Part shown: positions 24,501 to 35,459 of the stretch, in pieces
Layout of the letters: the number at the start of each line of letters is the position of its first letter
Numbering within the stretch: the stretch's first letter is position 1
Assembly (NCBI GenBank): GCA_030248215.1
Contig: JASANG010001546.1
Coordinates: 434,001 to 498,000 of the forward strand
Source of the DNA: Enoplolaimus lenunculus
Taxonomy: Eukaryota
Reading direction: 5' to 3'
DNA: 64,000 nucleotides
Program-made: the position numbers and the translations under genes
Notes under the pieces: model-generated
The model's database searches: none
Told to the model about the DNA's origin: nothing
What the model saw: only the letters and a program-made list of their open reading frames with translations

Positions 24501-27039
24501 CAATTAAATTACGCTGCCAACAACCGTTTCTATATATAAGTAGCCATTTCGTACACTGTAAATTTTAGCATTCGGTTCAAACTAATATTTTAAGAAGTAA
24601 ATCAGACTACGAAAGTATTGAATTTTAGATATACTTTAATTTCCTGTCTAAAATGTTTGGCCAATGTAAGGAACAGAGGTGGAACAGTATTATACGCATA
24701 TTCCTAAGCCTAAGCCTAAGTCTAAGTCTAAGCGTAGGAATGCGCATATTCCTAAGCCTAAACCTAAGCCTACACCAACACAAAAAATTAGTCTAAAGCT
24801 TAAGCTTACCCTATTGCAGTCTTACAGAAAAATGTTCCACCCCTGATTTTTACATGGGACAAATGTTTTAATTAATGACAGAGTGCAAATCCTTACCCCA
24901 CGGCAAAATTGCATACACAATACAATATTGTGGAAGGACGTGTATGGCTTTTGCGGCTCGAGTCAGTGCAATAGTTTTCCAGATTAGCAAGCAACTGCAG
25001 TATGCAAATGAGTTGAAAATCATTGTGATTAACAGCCATTGTAGAAGCGATGCACCTTGGACACAAGACTCCGCTGATAAGTCAAGTCGGGACTGAACGA
25101 AACACAAAATGAACGCCAAGTAGTAAACGAATACTGCGAGATAGAATGAAAAACCCGCAATGGCATCGGATGTATAGTGCTGTTTTGACCACCATTTCCA
25201 GCGGAACAGAGTTGGCCTAAAAATAGTGCCATGTGAAACATACCCGAGGCCTCGAAGCGTCCGGATGACGAAACCCAGGGTATCCAAAGAGGAATTGGTT
25301 ACGTGACCGATGATAATTAGGCTTAGCCATTGGTGACCTACTTTTCAATGAAATAAGCAGTGTTGTGCACCGGCCAGGAACCGGCTGGCGGGCCAGCAAC
25401 TGCTTATAGCAAAAAAAGCTAAAAACATAGTGACATCATTAATTTAATATTTTAAATATTTAGATTTCGATTTTAAAAATCTTTAGCTGAAATATAAAAT
25501 GGGGGTACAGTTATCATTATGGTCAGTGTTACGGTTGAATTAACAGCTGAATCCACTTTGGGTGCAGTTGTATTCCAAACAGCTCATGTGATGAGATAAA
25601 GGGTTCCAATGTCTTTTAGAAAAATATAGTGAAATATTCCCTTAAAGACCCTACGTATAAGTATTTTTTGACAATAATTAAGGGAACTAAAAGTTGAATT
25701 GCCCGAAAGGGCCATGATTCTTACTCTGAGTTGTGTTGATTCAAGTGGAGTTGATAATTGAATCAGAATGCGAGTAGTCCTAAATCAGACTGGTTCTGAC
25801 ATTCCTAACTCAGACTGAGCGAATGAACAAAATTAACTCGCTGGAATTAACTGTGTGGCAAAAAATGTCCTAAATCCTGCTTAACATGTACCATCTGCTA
25901 CCGAAACACATTGACTGCGTTCTAGTTTGTACAATTACGCTATGTCAGCATCTAATTTCGAAAGTTAAGCAAAAATGTTACCTGCAATAGGCTAACAGTA
26001 TCACGTGATTAGTTTCAATACCAGGATTTAAAACCCGATAAAAAATGTTGCAAAAATTGAAGATATTAATAAAAGTACAAAATACTCCAAATGTATCTTT
26101 AATGCCAATGCCATTCAAACGTACTGCTTTTTAGGTGCACTTTATTTTTAAGTAAAACATACACTTTGAACTTGCAAAAATGCATATAGAAGCCCATTCT
26201 TACACTTAGGCTTAGGCTTCGGCTTAAACTTTACGCTGGGAATGTTCTTATAATACTGTTGCACCCCTGTTCTTTACATTGGCCATAAATGTTGTCTTTT
26301 TTGCCGTATGAGTGCATTGTACAGTTTGGTAAAAGTTTGTGCGGATACATACTGGTTTAAAACATGTACGTTCGACCACCATGGTAATATTATTAACTAA
26401 ATGAGTTGTGGTACAATATTTATTAATCTCACAACAGATCTGCCGAGTTACCAAAACAAAGGCGCAAAAGAAATTGCAAGAAGGATCGCTGCCAACACAA
26501 CATCAACTATTGACAAGCCAAAAATTGCATTTCGAAGCATTTCGTCAAATGCACGCGGATCAGTAGTGTTACTTGTATCGTTTTCAAGTGTAATCAAAAA
26601 CGAATCATCAAACGAAGCGAAGTATTGTAATTTCTGAAAAATAAAACAAAATAGTTTTTGTGGCAAAATTAATGTTGTTTGCTAAAAAATGTTCGTAGAA
26701 ATTTTTGAAAAAAATGATTGAAAACGAATTTAGAAAACTGGTATGTGATACAAACGGATTCAAAGTGGATGCAGTCATTGTTTAAGCTTCAGCGGACGCC
26801 ATAAATCCTGACGTTTTGAATCTGGTCGAGTTTAATACAATGATCACAGAATTATTACCAACGTTGATTTTCGAATCCAAACTCAGCTTTGTGACTTTTG
26901 TGAACAAAATTGTTGTTGCAAAAATCTGTTGAACTACTGATTTGTCGCTTTTACACGCGATATAATTAATAATATTGCCATTTACCATCCTTGCTTCCGC
27001 GGAAAAATTGCAAGATTCATCAAAATCGCTGTTATCCAT
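21580..27039 (-). CDS. Divergent adhesion/secretin-family (class B-like) 7TM receptor; N-terminus uncertain
   Basis: Exons 26452-26633, 24897-25216, 23930-23999, 22665-22920, 21580-21795 splice in frame, plus tentative 26863-27039. Seven hydrophobic segments; TM3 'SCVQGASLLQW', TM4 'YAILPW', ECL2 'FYRNDGLCW', TM5 Pro, TM6 'LIWIMLIW', TM7 'IAFTILHF...FITHY'. AATAAA overlaps the stop. Confidence 0.75.
22981..23051 (-). pseudogene. tRNA-derived fragment (SINE head or tRNA pseudogene)
   Basis: Minus strand reads GCTCCTATAGCTCAGTGG (A box) ... GGTTCGAATC (B box) at tRNA spacing; acceptor and anticodon stems do not pair. Confidence 0.6.
24076..24285. mobile_element. Palindromic MITE with CACTGCA termini
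   Basis: CACTGCAAAAAATGGTGAGTCAAATTG / CAATTTGACACGCCATTTTCTGCAGTG, near-full-length foldback. Confidence 0.8.
24659..24860. mobile_element. Telomere-repeat-bearing MITE, family A (reference copy)
   Basis: GGCCAATGTAA...TTACATGGGAC, two internal CCTAAG blocks, perfect 8-bp TSD AAATGTTT. Confidence 0.92.
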
Positions 27040-27203
27040 GAATTTGAAATTAAAGTTGACAAAAATGCAATCGTATGCTGGCTTTGAATTTTATAGACAA
27101 TCGGATAAATTTTAATAAAACGCAACTCGAAAATAAATTAAAAACTTTTTGCAATTTTCTAGCGTATTTCATGGTGTGAGAAACCAAATTTTGAGCAGAT
27201 TTT

Positions 27204-27409
27204 GGCCAATGTATTAAAAATCAGGGGCGGAAGGTTTTTCTGTGGGACTAGAAAAGAGTATACTTAAACTTTACACTATAATTTTGTTCTTTAGCTTAGG
27301 CTTAGTCATAGGCTTTGGCTTACCTAAGCCAAAAACTTAGTCTAAAACTTAAGCTAACTCTATTACAGCCACGCAGGAAAACGTTCTGGTCCTGTTCTAT
27401 ACATGAGCC
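27204..27409. mobile_element. Telomere-repeat-bearing MITE, family A (rearranged)
   Basis: Family-A termini; interior switches from TTAGGC to CCTAAG polarity. Confidence 0.75.
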
Positions 27410-27767
27410 GAAAGTCTAGCAACTACACTTTAGCCAAATTTTCGTAATAAACTCAGCAAGCAGTTAAAAGGCATTTTTGACATCTTAACGTTAGATATTC
27501 AACGCAACCATGTTAAGTATTTTTGTTTACTTACAAGTATTGTTGCAGAAAACAATTGATGCAAACTAATGCTGGTGTTATCAATTTACTATTCGTACAC
27601 AGCAATGTTTAATTCAGTTGTGAATTTAGGGGGAATGGGGGATGTTATGCTTTAGCTTAAGAATTCGCTTTTTTAAGGCTTGGGCTTAGGCTTTAGGCTT
27701 AGGAATACGCTAAATCTACTGCTACGCCCCTAAAAGTAAGATTGGCCAAGATATTAACATATATTTC

Positions 27768-27880
27768 AAATTACCTTATAAATTTCAGATTGCTTGACAA
27801 ATTTCAAATTATTTGATAAATTTCAAATTATTTAATAAATTTCAAATTACCTGATAAACTTCAAATTACCTGATAAATTC
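27768..27880. repeat. ~19-bp tandem repeat (AAATTACCTGATAAATTTC) x~6
   Basis: Units directly visible. Confidence 0.8.
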
Positions 27881-28484
27881 TGTTTATTTTGCAGTAACAT
27901 CGTTATTCTCTGAGACACAGAGTACAACATATCTATATAATTGAAGCAGGAGAGTTCCTACGTATTTTGGGCAACTTTTCAGAAATTAACTTCATGTACA
28001 ATATTTTTTAGAACACGAATGTAATTGTTCTATGAAAAGAAAAGTTGCATACAGATTGCTGTACATCTGCTAACTTTTGCACATTGCGCAAAGCCGGCTG
28101 ACTAGTAACGATTATGTGTAAGCATATGAACAATTTAATATATTTACTACCAAAAATTACAGTAAAATATATTTTACATTGCATAGATCATCCGTTTATA
28201 TATCATTCACAACAACCAATCGAGAAAGAACTTTCGATACATTGATTCGAATAAAGTTTCAGGACCGAATTGAAAAGTTACAAAATATTGAGATTTATAA
28301 AACGCAACTCAACCGAATAGTTAACCTTCAGTTACCAAATGTAAGTGTTCTTAGGCAAACGACCAATATTCAGACAAGAATACTTTTAAAAACAGCAGTA
28401 AATTTCAAAAATTACGAAAATCAATTGCTTCGCGTATACAAAGACATGAGGACGTTTTGAAATTTTAAACTTGGTCAGTGATTT

Positions 28485-31400
28485 TCAATTTTCATAGTGC
28501 ATTAATCCTTCGATTGCGTTAACTTCTTGTGATACCCTGTCGGCGACGTTAGCTGTTTCGGCGGATATTCGATGTTTTGCGGCGTTCATTGCGTTTTGTG
28601 CCCATTCGCCATACTTTTGAACGGTTTCGCCAACGTTTTGTTTCATTTCGGTTGCTTTATTTTTCGCAGATGTCACACGGCGATGTATTGGATTCAACGC
28701 TTTATCAACTTCGTCGTGTAGTTTTTCGTAGTTTCCTTGCAGTCGTTCACTTTCAACTTCAAGTCGTTTTTTCTGTCGATCGGTAAATTTATATTTCGCT
28801 ACGTTAATAAATTTTGTCAACCGATTTTCTCGCTTTTTAATCGCATCTGCAAGCATACTTTTTGTTCGTAAACTTTCTGCTTCGTCCAATAGTTTTGGAG
28901 CGGTTGACGATGATTGCGTTATTTGATGCGGGCCTTCGTCTGATGTTCCAGATTTTTCACGTTGCTTCGCTTGTTGTCGAACGTTGTCGTGAAATTTGTT
29001 TCGTTCCATAATTTTGTTCCGATTCAACATAACAGCCTCAAACGAACGAGACGATGTCTTTTCAATTTCAAGGATTTTTTCAATTTCCGCTGGATTGTTT
29101 TCAAATTCAATTTGATGTTCCAGTGCAGCGTCGATTTCAGCTTTGTTGTTTTTGAATTTTTCCCATAATCGTTCACGTTTTTTGGCAACATTTTTCTTTG
29201 TGATTGCCGATGTTGTTTCCAAAACGTCTGCAGTAGCGTCTGCGGCACCTTCAAACGAATCTATTGCGATTAGTTGTCGTTCGAGGATTTTTTGTTTTTT
29301 TGTCGCCATTTCAATCAATCGTAGATTTTTTGATCGATCAAATTTCCCTGTCTCGTCGTTCAAATTTCGCCTTTGAGCACTGATTTGTGACTCGAGCGCT
29401 CCAAGTTTTTCAGCGTCTTTGGATTGAATTTTTTCAATGTTTTGCTTCATTTTATTGAATTTTGCTTTGATGGCTGATTTTTCGTGCTTGCTGTTTGTCG
29501 ATGGCGGCCGTGATGTTAGTCGAAATTGAATCAATTTTGTTTCAATGCTTAATTCGATACTTTCCAGCTCTTTCAATCGTCGTTCAGCATTGGCATTAAT
29601 CTTTGAAAATGACTTCCGGTCTCCAGATGACGTTTGCTTGTCGTTAACGTTATTAGCAGCCGTTTTTTTCATTGACTTCAGCGTTGTTTTGAGTTCGTTA
29701 ATTGTTTCAATGATTTCTTTCATAATTTGTTCTTCTTGTCGTTCGTTTTCTGTTATTTCTTGTTCTTCTTCATCGCTGTTCCTGTCGTCGTCGCTGCTGT
29801 CTTTATCTGAGTCTTCTGAGTCGTCTTCACTATCGCTATCCATTCCAATTGACATGTCAGAACCGCCATCATTACTTGAGTCAGCATCGTTTAATCTTTT
29901 TCCGCTGTCATTGTCGCCGTTCGTTCCTTCTTCACTATTCATATCACTATTCATCTTGTCGTTATACATCATTTCATTCGATTGTCCGCCATTGACACTT
30001 TTTCTTTTTCTCTTTCTGTTGTCGTTGCTTCGTTTTCTCCGTTTGTCACTGCTGCCACTGTCATCAGATTGTTCGTCCGTTAGATCGAGATTGCTCATTT
30101 CTCCGCTTTTCGACATATCACTGTCCTGTGTTTTGTCTGATTTTTCACTTGAAGATTCCATTGAGGATGTATCACCGTCGCTGTCGCTGGCTGCAAATTC
30201 TTCTAATTCTTCGAGTAAATCTTTCAATTCTTGTTCAAGAACTTCAACTCGAGCATGGAGAATTTGTAAATCTGCGTGTTCAATTTCACTTTGAGGCATC
30301 GATTCAACGATTTCTACCGCTTTTTCTTTGGTTGTTTCCGATTGTTTCAAAACTTGTCGCAGTTGGTCTTTGATTTTTGCATCTTTTACAACTGGAGCTT
30401 CTTTTTCGACAACTTTTCGTATTTTTTCGTGTTGTTTAATGACGGTCGCAGTTAAATTTGCCTTCAATCGCTGCATTTTAGCGACTTTTTGCTTAATTTC
30501 AACTGTTGCTGTTTTGTTCAATTTTTCATTGCTGTTTGTCAACAGTGCAGTGTCGACTTTTTGAACTTTTTCAGCTTTTTTCGCCAATTTTTCTTCGTGT
30601 TTCATCAGTTTTTGTCGTAATTCTACTCGTTTGGCAACGTTTTCGTTGTAATCGTCTTCTGATGTTGCTGCTGGTGCTGCAGATTCGAGTTGTGCTAATT
30701 CGCTACGAAGTTTGCTCCGTTCAACGTTTGCCGTCGCGTTATATTTGTCAAAATCGCGTTCCCAAACTCGAGCTGCTCGAGCGATAATTGATTGGTTAAA
30801 CTTTCGAAGCGATTCTTCATTGCGTTTGACGAATTTTTCAATTACTTCTGAAATTCAAATTAAAAGTTGAAACATGCACATTTGGTGCAAATGATTTGTA
30901 TATGATTTTACAAGTAATCCAGAGCTCAAAAACAACGGAATCACCGGTATTTCTGTAACGGAAACGGAAACAAAAATCCGGCAACATCCCGGTTTACAAA
31001 CAATTCAATAGTTTCTGTTCAGTGTTACAGTAGACAACCTTAAAATAGCCTACGGAATGGAAATCGTCAAACCTATACTTACCTTTCACCATATCCAATC
31101 TTTTTGTTTTAAATTCTTTCAACGTCATTTTTGATTCGTCATTCGATACTGCGCGAGCGTTGACCTGAAAAATACAAAAAATGAAACTGATTTATCGCAT
31201 TTGGACCCGATTTGATCTTCAAAAGATGATCCTCACTAAAATCTGAAATGTCGGCTTTTTTGTAGTTTCCGCAAATGAAGAAAAGTCCCCCACGACCACA
31301 ATCAAGCATTAACTTTACGGTTTGACTTAGTCTTACGCTCAGGCTTATGCGCCTATGTTTAAACCTAAGAAGCCCATGTATAGAACAGGGCCGAACCAGT

Positions 31401-31888
31401 AGTATAGGCATATCCCTAAGCCTAAACCTAAGACTAAAGCCTAAGCATAAGCGTAAGGATAAGCTTATACCTAAACCTAAGCCTAAGCCTATTAAAGCCT
31501 AAGCAAAAAAGTCTAAAGTTTGAGCTTACACTATTACAGTCCTGCACGGAAACGTTCCGGCGCTGTTCTATACATGGGACAGCCTAAGCAAGAAACAACT
31601 TGTTCAATAAAAAGGCCCCACGCCGCATTTGAGTAGTGTAGGGGAAAACTACAAAAGTGCCGATAACGGTTAAAAATTGCAGCAGTTTTATGTGATTATG
31701 TTTCGAATATTGTTTTAAAGCCAACAAGAATACCGTTGTTTACGTTTTTGAATTGTAAAAGCTAAGAACTCACTGAAATTTGCTTCAACTTGAGCGAAAA
31801 ACTTCTTAAAACTTACCACTGCAATCTCAGTAACACAAATTATCATCATTCCAAACATCAGTAATGACAAACTATATTTCAATTCCAT
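28485..31888 (-). CDS. Secreted coiled-coil protein with Asp/Ser-rich core, 838 aa, unknown function
   Basis: Exons 31817-31888, 31083-31164, 28485-30847 with canonical sites and matching phases. Signal peptide MELKYSLSLLMFGMMIICVTEIAVVNA; 2.36-kb open last exon. Confidence 0.88.
31371..31580. mobile_element. Telomere-repeat-bearing MITE, family A
   Basis: AGCCCATGTATAGAACAG...CTGTTCTATACATGGGAC with many CCTAAG units; in intron 1 of the secreted-protein gene. Confidence 0.85.
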
Positions 31889-33287
31889 AGCAAATAAATT
31901 CCTTACAAAATGTCACAATATCAATTAATATAAGCCAGTTAATATAAGCTGATATATTAAGATTTGTGTTAACGAAAAATAATAATTCTTAACTGGTCAT
32001 ACAACTGACACAATAGTTGGGCAAAGTTGACAATACATTCGAAATAAACCCGACAAGGTTTACAGCTGTTAGTTGTAGTCGATGTTAAGCCAAAGTCTAA
32101 GCCTAATCCTAAACGTAAGTTTAACGTTTTTCAAAAACTCAATTGTAGCAAATTTTGGTCACAGCAGGTAAGAAAGACCAGAAAGTTGGCATCGTTTGGT
32201 CCAAATATGTGTGCTTCATTTGGTGGACTGTAATATGCTAACATTTTTTAATTTGAAACACTGTCGAAGAAAATTTTTAGGTATAGCAACGGTTGTGTTA
32301 TCCTCGTCGCGCAGCGCCGTCTGGCTCTGGCCGACGTATAACGGCACTGCAAATCCAAACATTTTTGTTTACAAATTGATATCTTGTGTCATTGGTTGAC
32401 GGGACCGTGTGGGATCAAACTGCACCGGACGACTCTGTACCACAGGCAAACAGTCGAAAAGTATTGCAACATCTAAGCTGTCACACGCAACCTGTGTCAA
32501 CGATTTTGTATAAACACCTTTCATCAAATGCGCTCAACTTTTGTTAGTTTTGTTGATTAATGCTCTATTCACAAGTGCAAGTTTTTGCTGCGACAACATG
32601 CAGCTGCAAATTGCACGCAAAACTTACATTTTTCATCAGCCAATGAGAAAGCGGCTGCATTAATTTCAGTGAACTTTCACGGTTATTCACACATGTGAAC
32701 TAAATTCCAAAGCGATGATTTTTAAAGACTTATTTGCAGCTGCAAGTTTTTCGAACGCGATTTTGGACAAAACTTGCAAGTGTAAGTTGCAACTGCAGTT
32801 CTCGCAGCAACAATTTGCACGTGTGAATACACACAAAAAAGTATTTCTGAATATATTCACAAAAGTATTTTCTGCTGCAAATTTGAAAAGTTTTTCTGAT
32901 ATTTAAGACAATTTTCCTAAAAATAACAGGAAAACGGTTATTTTCAAACACTATTTCAAAACTTTTTTGAAAACTTTTCTGTTATAACAGAAATACTTTT
33001 CAAGTGCACCTTGCTAATCACATTCCTTAAATGTAAGAAATTTTTTCTTAAATATCAGAAATATTATTTTGAGTGTAGGGCAATAATTATGTTTAAATTT
33101 CTACTAAAAATACACAACAATACTGCATTGTTGCGACCCGATTAAGAAGTAATAATAGTCGAAGGTGCATATTTTGAGTGAGAATTAATAAAAGTCTACA
33201 TCATTAATGGGAGTCTGTATTTGATGAGATTATAAAATTCCTGAAGTTCTTGATGTAAATTTCAGCAACAGTGAATGAAGCATACGA

Positions 33288-33561
33288 ACAAGAGTATGCA
33301 ACTGGGTGCATTCTGTGTAGAAAAGAATGCTTCCGGCACGCGTTTCGTTTTTGCCCTACCACCCTTTAGTTAGAGGGGGTACAACATTATGCGAACCATA
33401 ACACATTATGTATCCGGCAGCAAATTGATTCGCTTATAATTTAATTTAAGGTTATTGCATTTGACAGCAACCCCCCCTTCTAAAGAAGGGGTTGACGAAA
33501 AACGCAACGCAAGGTGGTACATTTTGTACCATGCGAAACCCAAAGAGTTGCACACTCTTGT
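33288..33561. mobile_element. MITE-like family D
   Basis: Inverted-orientation relative of 11643-11899. Confidence 0.75.
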
Positions 33562-34072
33562 ATCATGCACTCTTAATTTCACAGTAAATTCATTTTCCCA
33601 AAAGCTTCCAGGACCAAATAAATTTCAGCACAAATTTGATTACTTAAATTACATTTTACCTAATATTCATAGCAACATACTGAAATTTTAAGCGTAAATT
33701 CCTGAAGCAACATATATCAATCGATGAGACAATGGCATAAGTGACGGGCGTAGGTGTAAGGTCCAAATAACAGGGGTAGGTTGACAATAATAACAGTCCG
33801 TAAGCAAATACTAACAAAGTTTATACATTCCATAGAGGCAAAATAAATATCAGTCACTCCGTCTTATTCGAGTCACTACAGTACGAATCACCGCATAACA
33901 ACCACTGAGGAGTTGCAAAGCTGAATTAGCGCCTGTGTCGTGTTTTTAAGCTAAATTCGGTCCATACGATGTCAAAAACTTACAAAAAGCCAACAAATTA
34001 ACAGTTCATTGTTGTTACGAGGCAAACTACTGAAGCGAAAAGTTATGTTGCTACGACACATTTGACGACTGG

Positions 34073-34276
34073 GTCGCATGTAAAGATCAGGGGCGGAGAG
34101 TTTTTCTGTGACACTAGAATAGAGTAAGCATAAGGTTTAGACAATTTTTTTTGCTTGGCTTAGGCTTAGGCTTAGCAATATGCTCATTCTTATGTTTAGG
34201 TTTAGGCTTCAGGCTAAGGCTTAAACTTAGGAATTATGATTATAATACTGTTAAGCCCCAGTTTTTTACATTGGCA
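34073..34276. mobile_element. Telomere-repeat-bearing MITE, family A
   Basis: Reverse-orientation copy with TTAGGC tracts; TSD ACGACTGG/ACGACTAG. Confidence 0.87.
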
Positions 34277-34453
34277 ACGACTAGAAACAGCAATACAAGA
34301 TACACGATTAAAAAACAAAACATTGCCTAATAATACAATATTAGTTCTGACAGTCGGTCTAACCTGAATTTATATGTTAGCCAGGACAATCAGTTGTTTG
34401 TCATCGTCATTCTTGCCTTGAGCCCGCAAAGTATATGCCACATTACATTTGTT

Positions 34454-34633
34454 GGCCCATGTATAGAAAGGGCCATAACAGTAGTATAAGCATATACCTA
34501 AACCTAACCTATATGGGTAATAATGAGCTTTTACCTACGCCTAAGTCTAAGTAAAAAATTTGTCTAAAGCTCAAGCTTTCTTCATTGCAGTCCCACAGGA
34601 AAAGGTCTCGCCGCTGATCTTTACGTATGGGCC
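34454..34633. mobile_element. Telomere-repeat-bearing MITE, family A
   Basis: GGCCCATGTA...TATGGGCC; perfect TSD CATTTGTT. Confidence 0.88.
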
Positions 34634-35194
34634 CATTTGTTAAGCGTACGGTGATTTTCAAAAATAATGAGTGAATACTTGTTGCGCAAAGGAAATGAAC
34701 ACATTTATTGTTGGCACACATTTTCAATTCTGGCATTTTTTGTTATTTTATAGTTGAAATTTCAGGTTCACGGTATAACTCTGTGACAGTTTCGCAAAGT
34801 TATGGATTCGTAAACAAACTCGTTCAAATTTTTATTGCTGTTAGAAAATGAGCTTAAATCGGCTGATTTAAAACAGACACAACCACAACGTTTTGTACTC
34901 ATTAACGTTTGTAAAAAACGAAAATTTTCACAACGAAAATTGCCGAAAACTTACAGCAAATATACTTTGGAAGCCGGAAATGTAGGTTTGATTTGCTGTT
35001 TGAGTTGGAACCAGAAATACACACAAATGATGAAAGGGGATGGTATTTTGCTGTAATAAATTGGGGATAAGTTTCGAATATCTTTCTATTATATATAAAG
35101 TAAGTGTAATAATTTACGTTTTGCATACATATTATTAAAACTAAATTGTAGTTGCAAAAGCCAGCTGTTTCCGTTGCCAACTTAATGATACTTA

Positions 35195-35303
35195 ACAACA
35201 ACGATAATAGTAATAATAATAACAATAATAATTATAATAATAATAATAATAATGGTAATAATAATAACAAAAATACTTATGATAATAATAACAATAATAA
35301 TAA
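35195..35303. repeat. Degenerate (AAT)n microsatellite
   Basis: Directly visible; about 160 bp from the duplication breakpoint. Confidence 0.85.
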
Positions 35304-35459
35304 ACGAGTATTTTAAAATGTTAAAAGTTGCAGATATTGCAAACATTTTTGCAGTATGGCCGCGGGCACATTTTAATATCCTATCGGTGCTTAAACCACT
35401 GTCTTTGTTGCTTTACGTTATTAGCTGTCAAATATCGCGATTTAACTGAACTCAAAAAT

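Noticed and set aside
25217..25418. Possible extra GPCR exon or tiny 27-nt intron
   Set aside because: The 27-nt intron gives the wrong frame; direct splicing 26452>25216 is phase-correct and gives a sensible TM1-TM2 loop.
28577..30787. Plus-strand ORFs including the 249-aa Ser/Leu-rich 29545-30294
   Set aside because: Antisense shadows of the secreted-protein exon.
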